A stretch of DNA of 62,980 nt, the filler included, from Reclinomonas americana ATCC 50394 (Eukaryota), in NCBI GenBank assembly GCA_048213135.1. It is 9 parts of 9 records of this genome, joined end to end, with 100 filler letters (N's around TTAATTAATTAA, not from the genome) between each part and the next. Parts side by side here need not be neighbours in the genome. Positions count along the whole stretch, not along the records: positions 37,372 to 45,767 come from AFZH01018060.1; positions 45,868 to 47,601 come from AFZH01018063.1; positions 47,702 to 55,008 come from AFZH01018064.1; positions 55,109 to 61,744 come from AFZH01018066.1; 5 more parts are not named here. One strand, 5' to 3'. Shown here one piece after another: positions 42,384-55,256 of the stretch. The notes beneath the pieces were generated by a model, which did no database searches, had not been told where the DNA came from, and saw only the letters and a list, made by a program, of their open reading frames with translations. The first letter of the stretch is position 1. Each line of letters begins with the position of its first letter. The position numbers and the translations under genes were made by a program.

Positions 42384-45072
42384 TCGTCGCCGGGATCGCA
42401 GTCGACGCCTCCCGGGACGATTGTGGCTGGAGGAGCGGCCGCGGTGTCGTCGTCGAACGAGGGATCGCCGACGCATCTGCTCCCGACGCCGCCACCGCCT
42501 GCCAGACGCGCTCCACCGACCAAGAAGAAGATGAGGAGAAAGGGCGGACGACCGTACCAGCAGGTGTCGAAGCAGTCGTCGAGGTGAGGAGGCGTTGCCC
42601 CCTCTCATCGTTCACCGATCCTGTTTGCCCACAAAGGTCCTCTCCTTCTTGCCGCTGCAGGTTCCACGACGGCGACGACGACGACGACGACTCGTTCGAC
42701 GATGACGACGATTGGACGGAATTGTTGGAGCTCGATCAGGACCAGAAGGGTGGGAGGCGCGGTCGCTCGGGGCGTCGCGGTGGTGAGTCGGACGACGAGG
42801 AGATGGCACTGGATCTGTGGTTGCCCACGGAGAAGCCACGATCGTGCTGGTCGCGTTGCGTTTGCTGCCAGGTGAATTGGTCGCGTATCAAGTGGGCGCA
42901 CGTGGCGGTGTGCGTGACGGTGGTGTGCATCATTGCCGCCGTTCTCAATTACTACTCGCGAGGTCTGTTGGTGGCCGCAGCCGAAGTGTGAGTCAGGAAA
43001 CGTGCTAACCGAGTGTGTGTGTGTGTGTTCGTGTCGGGAGCAGGGATCTGCGTGGCCACGTACCCACTCTCCATCTCCACCACGTGCACGAGGCAGTGGG
43101 GCGACGCTGGCGAGTGTGGCATCGGCAAAATGTGCAACACCATCCTGCTGCTCCCCGAGGATCCCGCCACACAAGCCTTGGTCACCTTCCATCTGACAGA
43201 GACGCCATTGGACGCGTTCATCGAGCTGGCCAGCGCACAGCAGGTTCTTTTGGGGGCACGGCGGCGACGGGCGTTGTTTTCCTCGACTGACTCCCTTCCT
43301 GAGCGCAGTGGACGCGGAAGAGTTGTCGATGGATGCACATGGACAATCTGGCCTTTGAAGTGGACCGCACCGTGGTGTGGTGCACGTTGCACGACCTGCT
43401 GCCTGGCACGGTGTACAACTTCCGCGTTGGTTCGTTGATGGGATGAGCTTCAGTCACTTGTTTCTCACTCCACACGTGCTGACAAACAAAGACTCTTGCG
43501 TCGCACAGGCTTCCACAGCATGTACATTCGAGTGGGCGAAGTCCGCTCCGAACCCCTGAAGCTGCGCACGATGGATGCCACGGGTGTGTGTGCTCGCTGC
43601 TCGTTCCATCACTGCTGCTGTACAAGATGCTGACGTGCACCAGGTCCCATTCGCTTCATCATGGGTGGCGATATGGCGATGAATGACGATGCACTGGAGC
43701 TGATGGAGCGTGCGCAGCACATGGAACCGGCGTTTGTCGGCATTGGTGGCGATCTGACGTACGCCAACGGCATTGCGTGAGTCCTTTGCGATGGAGAATG
43801 TTACAGCGTGCGTATTGTGTGGTACTCATCCACGCGTGCACGCACAGCACATGCTATCGACGATGGGACGATTGGTTCACGCAGTGGAGCAAGGTCATGG
43901 TGTCGGCCGACGGGATCATGGTACGTGCACAATGTGTGACATGTGATGCACTGTGTGCCCGACTCACTCAATGTCCGCGCAGACTCCACTGCTGGCCTCG
44001 ATTGGTAACCACGAGTCCGGTGGCTTTTGGCTGCCGCGAGACGACGTGCCGTTCTACCTGCAGTACTACGTCACGGCCACCGACGAGACGGCGCTGCAGT
44101 CGCTTCCGGCCGCGGGTGAGTTGCCGTACGACACGGTGGTGGCGTCGCGCCCGCTCTGGCATCGTCACAGGTTTGCGACTGCGCTGTGTGCGCCTGAGTC
44201 TTGTGAGCAGTGCGTGACAGATTGGTGTTTGCAGATTATCGGACCACACCGAGGTCTCTGTGCTGGACTTGAGCACAGTGGTGCACGATCAGGCAACCCA
44301 GATGGAGTGGCTCAAGGTGACTGACTTCACTCGCTGTGCGTGCTCCTTGCCACACCCCCCATGCCTCACGCCGTTTATGTGCAGCAACATGATCCACAAC
44401 GTCACAATCATCTCGCCATGTACCACGACTCGCTGTATCCATGGTGTGTGTGCCTGATTCCTCACATCGTGTTCCTCACCCCTTTGTTGCTGACACTCCG
44501 TGGCAGTGTGAGTGCCGGACCGCGCGAGGCTGATGCTCTGCTGCTGCGTGAGCAATGGTCGCCACCAATTGATGAAGCACGGGGTGTGTTGGTGCTGCGA
44601 GTCTCTGTGGTTGTTGCTGTTATGTGTGTCAATGCTGACACGGTGACGCGCAGTGTCAGTGGCGTTTGAGAATCATGTGCATGCCTTCAAGCGCACGCAC
44701 AAGATCTTTGGTGGAAAGGTGAGTGGAGTTGACACACGCATCACTCTCTCTGTCTCTCTCTGACGCAAGTGCGTGCAGCCGGTCCCTGATCACGAGCGAG
44801 GAACGGTGTATGTTGGCGACGGCCGATGGGGCACACCGCGCTTTGTGACCAATCTGCTGCAAAATGAGTTTCTGAACAAGACCTCCATTGACAAGTTGCG
44901 TTCTGCACAGCTGTGCTTCTCTCACTCTGACGACCACCACAACTCACACATCTGCATGTGCAGTCACTTTTGGCTGGTGGAGGCCGCCGCCACTGGAGTT
45001 CAGCTCACAGCCTACAATCTCAACGGGGACGAGATTGACGAGCTGCACGTGGCACCCAACCCTGCTTCATAA
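41804..45072 (+). CDS. Membrane-anchored purple-acid-phosphatase-like metallophosphoesterase (N-terminal TM segments, poly-Q, FN3-like, Metallophos)
   Basis: LHDLLPGTVYNFRVG (FN3-like), GGD, GGDLTYAN, GNHE, MYH, FENHVHAFKRT, YVGDGRWG. Confidence 0.85.
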
Positions 45073-45104
45073 TGGACAATAGTTTGCTGTTTGGTAATGT
45101 TCAA

Positions 45105-45767
45105 TCAACAGAAGGAGCCGCACGAGTGGAAATCGTGCAAATAGCCCGACTGAATCGAGTATCCGCCGTAGATCAGTAATGAGTCGCGGAAACGCCAAGC
45201 CGCAGCGCCGAGCCTCGGTTCTGGTGGACTCCCAATCGTGGATGCGGCACGCCACGACATTGTGTCTGGCGGGTCGACAGTCAGCGTGCGGGACACCAAA
45301 GACTGTGCTTGATAGGCGGAGCACACTTACCGAGACTCAAGATCAGCAGGTCGTTGACACACTCGGCTCCCGTGTAGCCACCAAACACCAGCACCTCGCG
45401 TCGGTCTTCCTCGTAGAACATGTTGAACGAGCCGCGCCCCGACACATGCAAGCCACCGGCAAGCGTGTGCGTGAATTGATTCGTGGACAAGTCGTAAAAG
45501 TATAAGTCATTCAACGAGTACACCAAGTCGGTGGCCACCGTCGACCGAGCCGACACATTGGTGCCGCCCAGAATGAGCAGCTTTTTCAGCTCGCGCAGGT
45601 ACACCATTCCGTGGAAGAGCCGTGGTGGTGGTACGTCACCAATGGGGTGGAAGAGAGTCCACGTCATGGTCTCTGCCATCAGCGATCAGAGCGATGCGTA
45701 CACACAGGCGGCAAACACAGACCCAAACACACCCAAGTCCAATTGATGCAAGTCATTCAGCGCCTCA
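45105..45767 (-). CDS. Kelch-repeat protein, 3' part
   Basis: GDVPPPRLFH...ILGG...NDLYFYD, VFGGY...NDLLIL, GSPPEPR...IYGGY. Confidence 0.85.
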
Positions 45768-46097
45768 NNNNNNNNNNNNNNNNNNNNNNNNNNNNNNNNN
45801 NNNNNNNNNNNTTAATTAATTAANNNNNNNNNNNNNNNNNNNNNNNNNNNNNNNNNNNNNNNNNNNNTTGCGAATTACGAACAAAGACGAGGTCGCTTGA
45901 CAAACAATATCGCAGTCGGCACAGAAACTACTTGGGTTGAGTACAAAGTGGGGGGAAGGGTAGGACCTCTCCGCACCTCACCTCCTTGGAAGCCCGTGGC
46001 AGTCGACGTCGCATAAAAGACAAAACAAACGGTTTGTCCGTTTTCTTTGTCTGATTTTTGCTCGAACACACACACACGCACGAGTGAGGAGCAAGCG

Positions 46098-46800
46098 ATG
46101 GCCAGCGCCCACAGCAGAATGATGGCGCAACGAGCGCAGGAGGACATCATGATGGCACAACAGGAGGACGACTGGGAGACGGTGAAGCGCATGCTCGCCG
46201 CCGACCCGTCGCTCATCTTTGCACACCAAGAGTTTGTCGGCACCGGCCTCGTCCACATGTGCGCAAGCAAGGGACGCACCGACGTCTACGAGGCAGCCAT
46301 GGAGGCCTACGCCAGCAGAGCGCCAGGAGACAGCGCCGCCGGAGAGCCACAAGAGACGCTGGAGGAGTTCACCAACCGCATGCTGGGATTCGCAGTGCAC
46401 ACGTCGGGCGACTTTGCCTCTGGCGACGGCTCCACGGTGGCACAGTTCGCGGCGGCGGCGGGCCAAATGAATGTGCTCGAGTTCATCGTACAGCACGCCA
46501 CCACCGCGGCACAGCTGCTGTCGGTGGCCGCGCGTGATGGGACAACTGCGGCGAGCGATGCCGCTCGTCATGGTTTGTCGCGAGTGGAGAGTGGAGAGTG
46601 GGGGTGGTGGTGGTGGTGGTGGTGGAGGCTAACAGTGTCACGTGTGTGTGCGCGCAGGCTACGCGTACGAGCTGGAGTACATTGTCAAGCATGCTGAGCG
46701 TGGAGTGGAACTGCTCAACCACCCATTCATCGCGTCGGTGGAGAGAAACGATCCCGATTCGCCAGTGGGTCGTGTGATTCGCCGACTAAAGGGTCGATGA
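46098..46800 (+). CDS. Ankyrin-repeat-like protein, 1 intron
   Basis: GLVHMCASKGRTDV, GSTVAQFAAAAGQMNVLEFI, GTTAASDAARHGYAYELEYI. Confidence 0.75.
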
Positions 46801-47390
46801 GGCGCAGCGGGAAAGCGAGCCTCGAGTGGCTGCGTGTGGGGGGGAAAGGCGATCATGCTGCAGACAACAGCTTGTGTGCGGTTTTGGGAGTGAGTGAAAA
46901 CAATGAAAAGAATGTCTATATGCACACTCGTGTTACCGGACACAGGCTTTTGTATGAGGAGACCGATGGTGGCCAGCAGGCAGCCACCGGGGCCGTGGTT
47001 CTCCTGCAGCGAGATGGCGTCCGCCATGTTTGAACGCCAGTTTTTGCCTTTTTCGCTGACTGTGTGCAGCGAATCGTTTGCGCTTCTAGACCTTGCTGAC
47101 GGAAGACGACGTCGTACACCTATGGAGGGGAAGAGACTGCAGTTCCCGGTTGTGCATGGCCGAAACGATGCAAAATCGATATCGAAATCGAAATCGATTG
47201 CAATTGAAATCCTGTTTTTCTTTCTCTCCAAACGCATCCCCCTTATCGGTCGTCCCAATGTCCAGGTCCACCTCACGCGCAGCAACCTTCTCCGTCAGCT
47301 CGCCGCTCCCGCACAGCAGAGAAAAAAGTTGACCGAATCGATCAGCCGACCAACCAACTGGCCGTTATCACTGACTCCCTACCCGCGCGC

Positions 47391-49193
47391 ATGTCATACA
47401 GGTCCGCCCCTCGCTCACTGTGTCTGCGTCTGTGTTGCTGTGCTTTCTTACTCACTCTATGTTGGTTGGGCGAGCAGAGTGGAGAAGATTGCAGAGGGCG
47501 GCTTCCGGTGAGCACACATTCACATTCGTTCTCTCTGTGCTCTCTTTCTCTCTCACTCTCTCACACTCACTCTCTTCACAGCATCTCCTCACCTGTGATT
47601 GNNNNNNNNNNNNNNNNNNNNNNNNNNNNNNNNNNNNNNNNNNNNTTAATTAATTAANNNNNNNNNNNNNNNNNNNNNNNNNNNNNNNNNNNNNNNNNNN
47701 NTAGAGATAGATAGAGAGATGATTCTGCAGAGGAGCTCATGCGCTTGCGTCGTAGGTTGTTGCGAACTCGGGTGGTGTGCCGACTGCGATTGGATTTGAC
47801 CTGTCGGGCATTCTGCACATCTGTGACGTCTCTCAGCAGGCGATTCGTTGCGTGCATTGGTGGTCTCCAAGCAAGCTCTCATGTGCTGGTCGTGCTGTAC
47901 TTGCCCTTCCTCCTTATCATGCTGGACTCGTCACTCTTCGTCGTGTCGTGCTTCGCTCGCCTCTCCTCTTCGTCGTGTCGTGCTTTGCTCGCCTCCAAAC
48001 CTAGTCGCGCCTCTTCTCCATATCGCGCTTCGCTCACCGCTCCTTCTCGTTGTGCTGCACTCGTCTTCCGTTTTGTCGTGGTGCCCTCATCGTCGCGTCA
48101 TTCTACACGCCTCTACTTCTCGTCGTGTTGGACTCATCCGCATCGTGCCACTATCACTTCTCCTCCTCGCCATGCTACACTCGCGCCTCTTCTCCTTTAT
48201 CGTGCTTCGATCATCTCTGTTCCTCATCGCGCTGCGCTCGCCTGCCCTCCTCGTCGTGTCATTCACCTTCCGTACCCTCACTCCCCTTTCTCTCCATTCT
48301 CTCTCCACACCAGTGACGCACGTGGGAGGCGAGCTGGCCGAGTTCGTGCGCGAGTACGAGTCGAAACCCTTCAAGGGCCCATCCGCCATGGTCATTGACT
48401 CTCGCGGCAACATTTATTTCACCGACTCTGGCCCATTTGGCGAGACCACCATCCAGGCGCCGCGTGGCTCCGTCTACGCCATCACCTGCGAGGGCAGTGA
48501 GGCACAACTACTGCAACCGATGGCGCTGGAGTGCCTCGCGCATCCCTCCGGTGTGGCACTGTCACCCGACGAGAGTGTAGTGTTGCGTCACTTTCGCGAG
48601 TGCAGAAGGAGTGCGTTCTTGCTGTTGTTTTGACTGATTCGGAGGATGCGCACGGCAGCTACGTGTCGGAGACCAACATGAATCGCGTGCTGCGCTTCGT
48701 ACAAAAGCCACACGGCGTGTTCCACTTCAGCGTGTTCTACCAGTTCTCGGGATGTGGATTTGGGCCAACGGCACTGGCCTGCGACGCAAGTGGATCGTTG
48801 TATGTGGCACACTTTGATCCGCTGAAGGGACGCGATGACACGAGCCGCATCTCGGTGATCAGTACGGGTGAGTTTGTGTTTGTGTTGGTGCACCTCTTGT
48901 TTTTTTGTTGTTCATTTGCCTCATGTCCTCGTGCAGCCGGCGAGCGGATAGCAACAGTAGAGATTCCGGGTGGCGAGGTGACGGGCATGGTTTTCAACTC
49001 GTTGCGTAGTGTGTGTGTGTGTGAGAGAGAGAGAGACAGCGGAACTGCTTTTCCTCCTGCTCACCCATCTCCCCGTCTTTGCAGAGCTCGCACGGAGCTG
49101 TTTGTGACCGAAGGCTCTCGCAACTGCATCTACGCGGTGACGGTACCCGGCGGTTCACAGAGCCAGAGTGCAGCCAGCAGCGGCCGCCGATGA
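47391..49193 (+). CDS. SMP-30/gluconolactonase-like six-bladed beta-propeller; interrupted by the gap at 47602-47701
   Basis: MSYRVEKIAEGGF before the gap. After it: GGVPTAIGFD, FKGPSAMVIDSRGNIYFTDS, LAHPSGVALSPDE..YVSET, GPTALACDASGSLYVA, LFVTE. Confidence 0.85.
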
Positions 49194-49538
49194 CACGCCA
49201 CGCAGACCCGCCTCGCACCTCATCCCCTCCAGCTTTGCTTTTCTCTTTCTCTTTTGATTCCCGGTAATCGTTCGCAACAGTGTATCCCGTGCACGGTAGT
49301 GTTTGTGTAACAATCCATCCGAAGGAGAGAGATGTCGCTGATGAGCTCAAAGACCCCGCGCACGCTGACGAATACCAGCGCGAGCGAACAGTGAGCGTTA
49401 CTGGCGATTTCGCAGTTGTTGTCGCGCATCGCTGAGAGCAGGCAAGTGCTGCTCTGGCCATACAATGCTCTCCCCCTCTCGAGTCCTCACACCATGCTTC
49501 CTCTCAAGCAGAAGAAGAGAGAGAGAAAGGAAGAAAGC

Positions 49539-51127
49539 ATGACTCGTAAAGTCACCATCCGCACTGACCGGCCGTTCTACGTTGGTGGCGACACTGGTGA
49601 CTTGCATCGTGCTGCTGCACTTTATGCGCCTATCTCTCTCACACACATTACACACACGCAGTGACTGGCCACGTTCATGTCGTCACCTCTGACCGCCTTG
49701 TGTGTCACGGTGAGCAAGCAATCGACTCTCTTTCACACACACTCACTACTCCTTCTCTCAACAACACACATACACTCTTCTCCTTCACACACACACTCTC
49801 TCTCTCTCTCACAGGCGTCAAGCTGAAGGTCAAGGGCGAGGAGAAATGTTGCGTCCGTTAACCACTCTCACTCTCTGATCAACCGTCGACTGACTGGTGT
49901 GCGTTTGCAGGCGAGTTCCAACGGTGGCACGTCACATACACCACAGTGGAGCACCCAACGCAGGGACTGGTGCAGCAGGCGGAACGCGAGGTGCGCACGG
50001 AGAAGGGACACCGCGATTTTCTTGATCGCAAGGAGAACTTTTTGCATGTCGGCCCGCTGGAGCCTGGTGAGACCCGTCGACGATGGCACTGTGCTATCGT
50101 GATCCCTCATGCCGTGGCGAAATGATTTGTAGGCGAGCACAACATCCCTTTCCAGGTGCACTTGCCGCGCAACTTGCCCGGCTGCTTCCACATGAAGGGT
50201 CGGCATGATGGGTTGCCGTGGAGCGCCAAGGTGCACTACAAGGTCAAGGCGGTGGTCGACATTGAGGGACACGACTTGAAGGCCACGCAAAAGCTGGTGA
50301 TCCACGAGCCGACGGAGCAGTCGGCGGGACCCGTGGTCGTCAACAAGCGCGGTGCCGTCGTGTGCTGCTGCTGCATTCCGCGCGGCAGTTGCGTTATCGT
50401 GCATGTCTCCCCTTTCTTCTCCACCGTCTCCTCACCGTCGGTCATACCATTATATAGCGGTGCACATGAGTGCACTGTTCGAGACGCTGCACGTGTTTCC
50501 GGGTCAGCGTCTGAATGTGATGCTGGAGGTGAAGAACGAGTCGTCGATGAATATCACGCGATGCACGCTCAAGCTGATGCGCGTGATCCGCGTGTGTGCT
50601 GATGGCCACTCGTTCATGCTGACCGACGTGGTCGGTAACGCCACCCACTTTACCGGTATTCACAGCATGTCCAGCCTCCAGCAGTTTCGTGTGGCGAGAC
50701 GCACGCACATCTCGCCTCCGCATCTGACTGTCGTCGTCGGTGTAGGGAGGTGTTCCTCGACATTCACCACAGTGTGCAGCCGGCCACCACGCTCGGCCAT
50801 CACGTGTCGTGCTCGTTCCACGTGGACGTGGAGGCCGACATTCCGTGGGCTCCCGATGTGGAGATTCACCAGAAGATCGACGGTGAGTGCGACTGTTTGT
50901 TGTCGACGACAACACTGAGTCTCTCAACACGCACATCGCGGCTGCAGTTCTCGCCCCGGTGCCTGCCGAGTGGGGATCGGATTTCCACGTCAAGGGTGCC
51001 GAGGCGGCCACTTACGAGGCTCACGCGGGCGAGGCGGTGTTTGTTGGTGAGGAGAAATTCTGCAACCCGTGCATGTGCGATATATGCCTTGGCTCACTCC
51101 ACAGCGACAGGAGGCGGCCACCATTGA
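49539..51127 (+). CDS. Alpha-arrestin-like protein, tandem copy A (8 introns)
   Basis: FYVGGDTVTG, GVKLKVKGEE, LEPGEHNIPFQVHLP.NLPGCF, KVHYKVKAVVD, VKNESS. Confidence 0.85.
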
Positions 51128-51392
51128 CAAAGGAAATAAGACAAGCTGGTTATATTGCAGTGGTGAATGTACACAGCTGCGCGCATGACCAACAAACCCG
51201 CGTGGGTGTCTGGGACCCAGTTTCCCTCATCATGACTCGCGCGGGCGACTCGGCTGCACCACAGTCAGGTCCCGACCGGGACTTATTGGCTTCATCGGTG
51301 TGCACAATCTGCGAGTCGCTCGCAAATTAATATTCAGTTTCACATCTCCCTTCTCGCGCGCAAGCACAACACGCACACACACTCACTCATAC

Positions 51393-52891
51393 ATGACTGC
51401 AATGGCGGCCATTTCCCTCCGCACTGATGAGGGTTTCTACGTTGGTGGTGGTGTGGGTACGTTTGCGATAATGTGTGTTCCGTTTTGCGTCTCTCTCACA
51501 CACACACTGGCTCCCTCTCTCGCTCTCTGGTGCACAGTGACTGGGCAGATCTTTGTCAACACGCCCGTGCAGCTCAACTGCGAAGGTATGTGTGTGTGAG
51601 AGAGAAGAGATCCGTCGTGATTGATCACTGCATGTCCTGAAACATCTGTCATGGTGGTGCTTGCTGTTCCCGCAGGCGTCAAGCTGAAGATCAAGGGCGA
51701 GGAGAAGGTCGACTTTGACTACTGGCACTCGTACCAGGTGCAAGTCCGTGCTGCGCACACCTCAGCCGACGGTGTACATCACCCGGCGGTGCACGAGACA
51801 CGTCGCGAGCTGCGTCATGCCCGCGCACGCCGTGACTTTATGGAGCGCAAGGAGACTGTGTTGCACATGGGAGCCCTGTTGCCGGGTACGAACGATCGAC
51901 CGCTCATCCATCCACCCACCCATCTTCCGCTTGCTCATCTCCTCCAACGCAGGTCAGCATGTGATCCCGTTCCAGTTTCAACTGCCAGCCGACTGCCCCG
52001 GAGCGTTCCATTTGGGCGGCCGTCAGAGTGCCGAGCTCAGCTGGTCGGCCAAGATCCACTACAAGGTCAAGGCCGTGGTCGACAGCCACATGGGCAACCT
52101 CAAGGCCACACAGACATTGGTCGTGCATGAGCGCGTGAAGCAGCAGTCCGGTCAGGCCCTCGTCAACAAGCAGGGCGCCGTGCTGTGCTGCTGCTGCATT
52201 CCACGTGGACGTTGCGTCAGCCGCCACCATCCCTTGTGTCTTGGCTCACTGGAACCGCTCGACTGATGCGTGCAAGCAGATGTGTACATGGACGCGCTGT
52301 TTGACTCGCTGCATGTGTTCCCGGGTCAGCGCCTCAACATCCGCCTGCAAGTGCGCAACGACTCCAGCATGAACGTGGACCGAGTCAAGGTCAAGCTCAT
52401 TCGCAACATTGTGCTCTCCGCCGAGGGCCACACCATGCACCTCACCGATGTCATTGGCCCGGCGCCGAATTTCACCGGCATTCACGCTCACGACAAGCTG
52501 GACCAGTTGCGCCGCTTGTTTTTGCTTGCGTTCATGACTTACTGGGTTGCTCCTTCTGCTGCTGACGCGTGTACTGACATGCAGGCAAGTGCACCTGGAC
52601 ATTGATCCGTACGTCGAGCCGGCCACCTCGCAAGGCCAGCATGTGCACTGCGCCTTCCATGTCGACATTGAGGCCGACATTCCGTGGGCACCCGACGTGG
52701 AGATTCACCAGAATGTGGACGGTGCGTCGCGCTATTAACAAGAAAAAATGCGAGAGGTCGTTCACTGACTGAATGTCGCACTCGCAGTGTTGGCACCAAT
52801 CCCGAGCCAATGGGGATCGCAGCTGTACGTGCCCAAGGCTGCACCACCGCAGTACACGGAGGGTGGCGGCGCCAGCGTGATCCACGCCTGA
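51393..52891 (+). CDS. Alpha-arrestin-like protein, tandem copy B (6 introns)
   Basis: FYVGGGVVTG, GVKLKIKGEE, LPGQHVIPFQFQLP.DCPGAF, KIHYKVKAVVD; collinear with copy A. Confidence 0.85.
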
Positions 52892-53025
52892 GAGCGCTGG
52901 CGGCACAGAGTTTTCCCCGTTTCTTGTGTCGTCTTCGCACGCCTGTGTTGTTTCTTTCTTTTTTTGCTTGTTCGCCGCGACTAATTATGTTTCAGCAATT
53001 GAAATCCGTCGTCAATGCGCTTGTA

Positions 53026-54215
53026 TCATCGCTCGCCCTCCTCCTCCGCTGCGCCAGCGGCGTCGTCGTCGGCGTGAAACACGGTGAGACACATGGCGGC
53101 AAAGGCGTCCTCGCGGAACGGAAACAGCGACTCGGGCAACACGTATTCGCGCAGCCGAGGAAGCAACTGCGATCACACATGAGTTCTCCAGCGCCATTTC
53201 CGGGCCTCACACCTCGCCACACATGCTGACCTGCCGCAGCCGTGGAGCCTTCTCCTCCATTTTGGCGTCGCCGAGGCGGATTGAGTAATCCGACATTACG
53301 TTGCCGACCATCACCAGCGATCGGTGCGGCGCAACGTGTGCGGCCAGCACGCGCTCATACAGGAAGCACTCGCAGTGTGGCATGTAGTAGAGGATGCGCG
53401 CAGGCGCCTGCTGCACGAACACCGAGCCATCGGTGAGCCGCGCCTGTGTGTCGACGCGAGTGTCAGCAGCAATCGACAGCATGTATAAGATCTCTGCTGA
53501 ACGCCAACCTCGTCTTCCGCCGTGCGCGCCACACGAAACCCCAACTTGCCGACGACCACGGCCTCATCCACCGCACCAAAGACCGGGTCAAAGAGCCACA
53601 CCTCGCTCGGCGCCACCCGCAAGAAGCGAGCACACGCCACGAGGAACGCCAGCTGACACTGCCCATCGACATGCAATTGTCAAAGCTGCAGCAGCCTCTC
53701 AAGCACATCATCGCACACTGACACGCACCTGCGAGTGAATCGAGCGCTCCACCGACCCAATGCCCAGACACACCACGCCCGTCACGCCGTCCGCATGCAC
53801 ATGCTCCGCCCAGAGCGCACAGAATGTCGACCAGTAGGCCGACGACAGCAGAGCCTCACTGACAAGCGCACATGAGAACGGCCGTGGCGGAGGAGGAGAC
53901 AAGGCAAAAGAGGCACACACCTGCACTGCGCGAGTCGACTGCAACACCACTCCACTTGCTCCTCTTGTGTGCGCTCCACAGGCTACAATGAGGATAGCGT
54001 GAGCAAGCTGCTGAGCGTGTGTGTGTCTCTCTGATGCACACCTGACGACCCTTCCTCTTCTTGCTGTTGCTCTTGCGCGTGGCCTCCTCAATCACACTGA
54101 GCGCCTCCGCAGTCAGCACAGTCGATGTCGACCCTCCAGAGGAAGACGACGAAGAAGAGGAGGAAGCTTGCTTCTTGGGTCGGCCACCGCGACCACCATC
54201 AATCCACTCGCCCAT
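53026..54215 (-). CDS. SRR1-domain protein
   Basis: VVCLGIGS, SQCQLAFL, FDPVF, LYYMPHC...LYE, VGN. Confidence 0.85.
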
Positions 54216-54284
54216 TCGTGATTGACAGTGAGAGAGTGTCAGTCGATTCGTTCTTCTGTCGCTCTTCTGTGTGTGTGTTGCGCA

Positions 54285-55008
54285 ATGGTGTTCAGCTTGG
54301 CAATTGTCGCTCGTCGCATGGCACTGGTGAGTGCGAGTGAGTGTGAGAGGCAGTGCATGATTAGAGAGAGACACACACAGAGATTGATATCAATGCTGTC
54401 TCTCTCTCACTCCCCGTGTGTGTCTGTGTGTGTGCGTATGCCTGAGAGACTGTGCCGTGTGTGCATAACGCGTGCATCCACATTATCGTATCTCTTTCTC
54501 ACACACAGCGCGTCACACTCGCATCTTCTTGCACGCTGCACACCCGCCTTTCCCACTCTCTCACTCTCTCTGTCTCCTGTTGCTCCACTTCTCTCTCCCC
54601 CACTCCATGTCTCTGTCTCTGTGTGCGTGCGTGTGCACCATGGTCAGCGCCATTGCCACTCACTCACTCACGCGCTCATCCGCAGGCGCCCAGTGCATCC
54701 GTGTTCAGGTCAAGTGTCGTACCTGCCATGTACATGAGCACCAAGGCTGTGAGTTGCGTCCATGTACGCAACAGAAGGAGAGGACGAACATTGTGTTTGT
54801 GATTGATTGTGATGAAATCATGCAGAGCATCCGCTGAGCAGCAAGCTGGAGCATGCACGAAAGGAGCTGCTCTCCACCGACTGGTGCGACATCTACTCTC
54901 TCTCTCCTCTCATTCCTATCTCTGTCTCTCTCTCGTCTGATTGTGCGGCCAACAGGAGCGATCTGGATGATTTGGTGCTGGAGGATGCCGACAAGGCGTT
55001 GCAGCAAG
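54285..55008 (+). CDS. Hypothetical protein with a mitochondrial-type presequence; 3' end in a gap
   Basis: Four exons join as MVFSLAIVARRMAL-APSASVFRSSVVPAMYMSTKAV-KHPLSSKLEHARKELLSTDW-SDLDDLVLEDADKALQQ. Confidence 0.55.
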
Positions 55009-55256
55009 NNNNNNNNNNNNNNNNNNNNNNNNNNNNNNNNNNNNNNNNNNNNTTAATTAATTAANNNNNNNNNNNNNNNNNNNNNNNNNNNNNNNNNNNN
55101 NNNNNNNNTTGCACCACCGGCCGCCACCAGCCGCAGCCGACGAAGACGAGGATGTCGACGTTGGTGATTTAGAATGAAAAAACGTATGTCCAGCGCGTGT
55201 CCTCTTGCTCGTCTTCCGTCTTCCGTCATTGTTGTGTTGCATCGGCCACCAGCGTC

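Noticed and set aside
49335..49440. Possible box C/D snoRNA (TGATGA ... CTGA)
   Set aside because: No clear terminal stem or recognisable guide; such motifs are common by chance.
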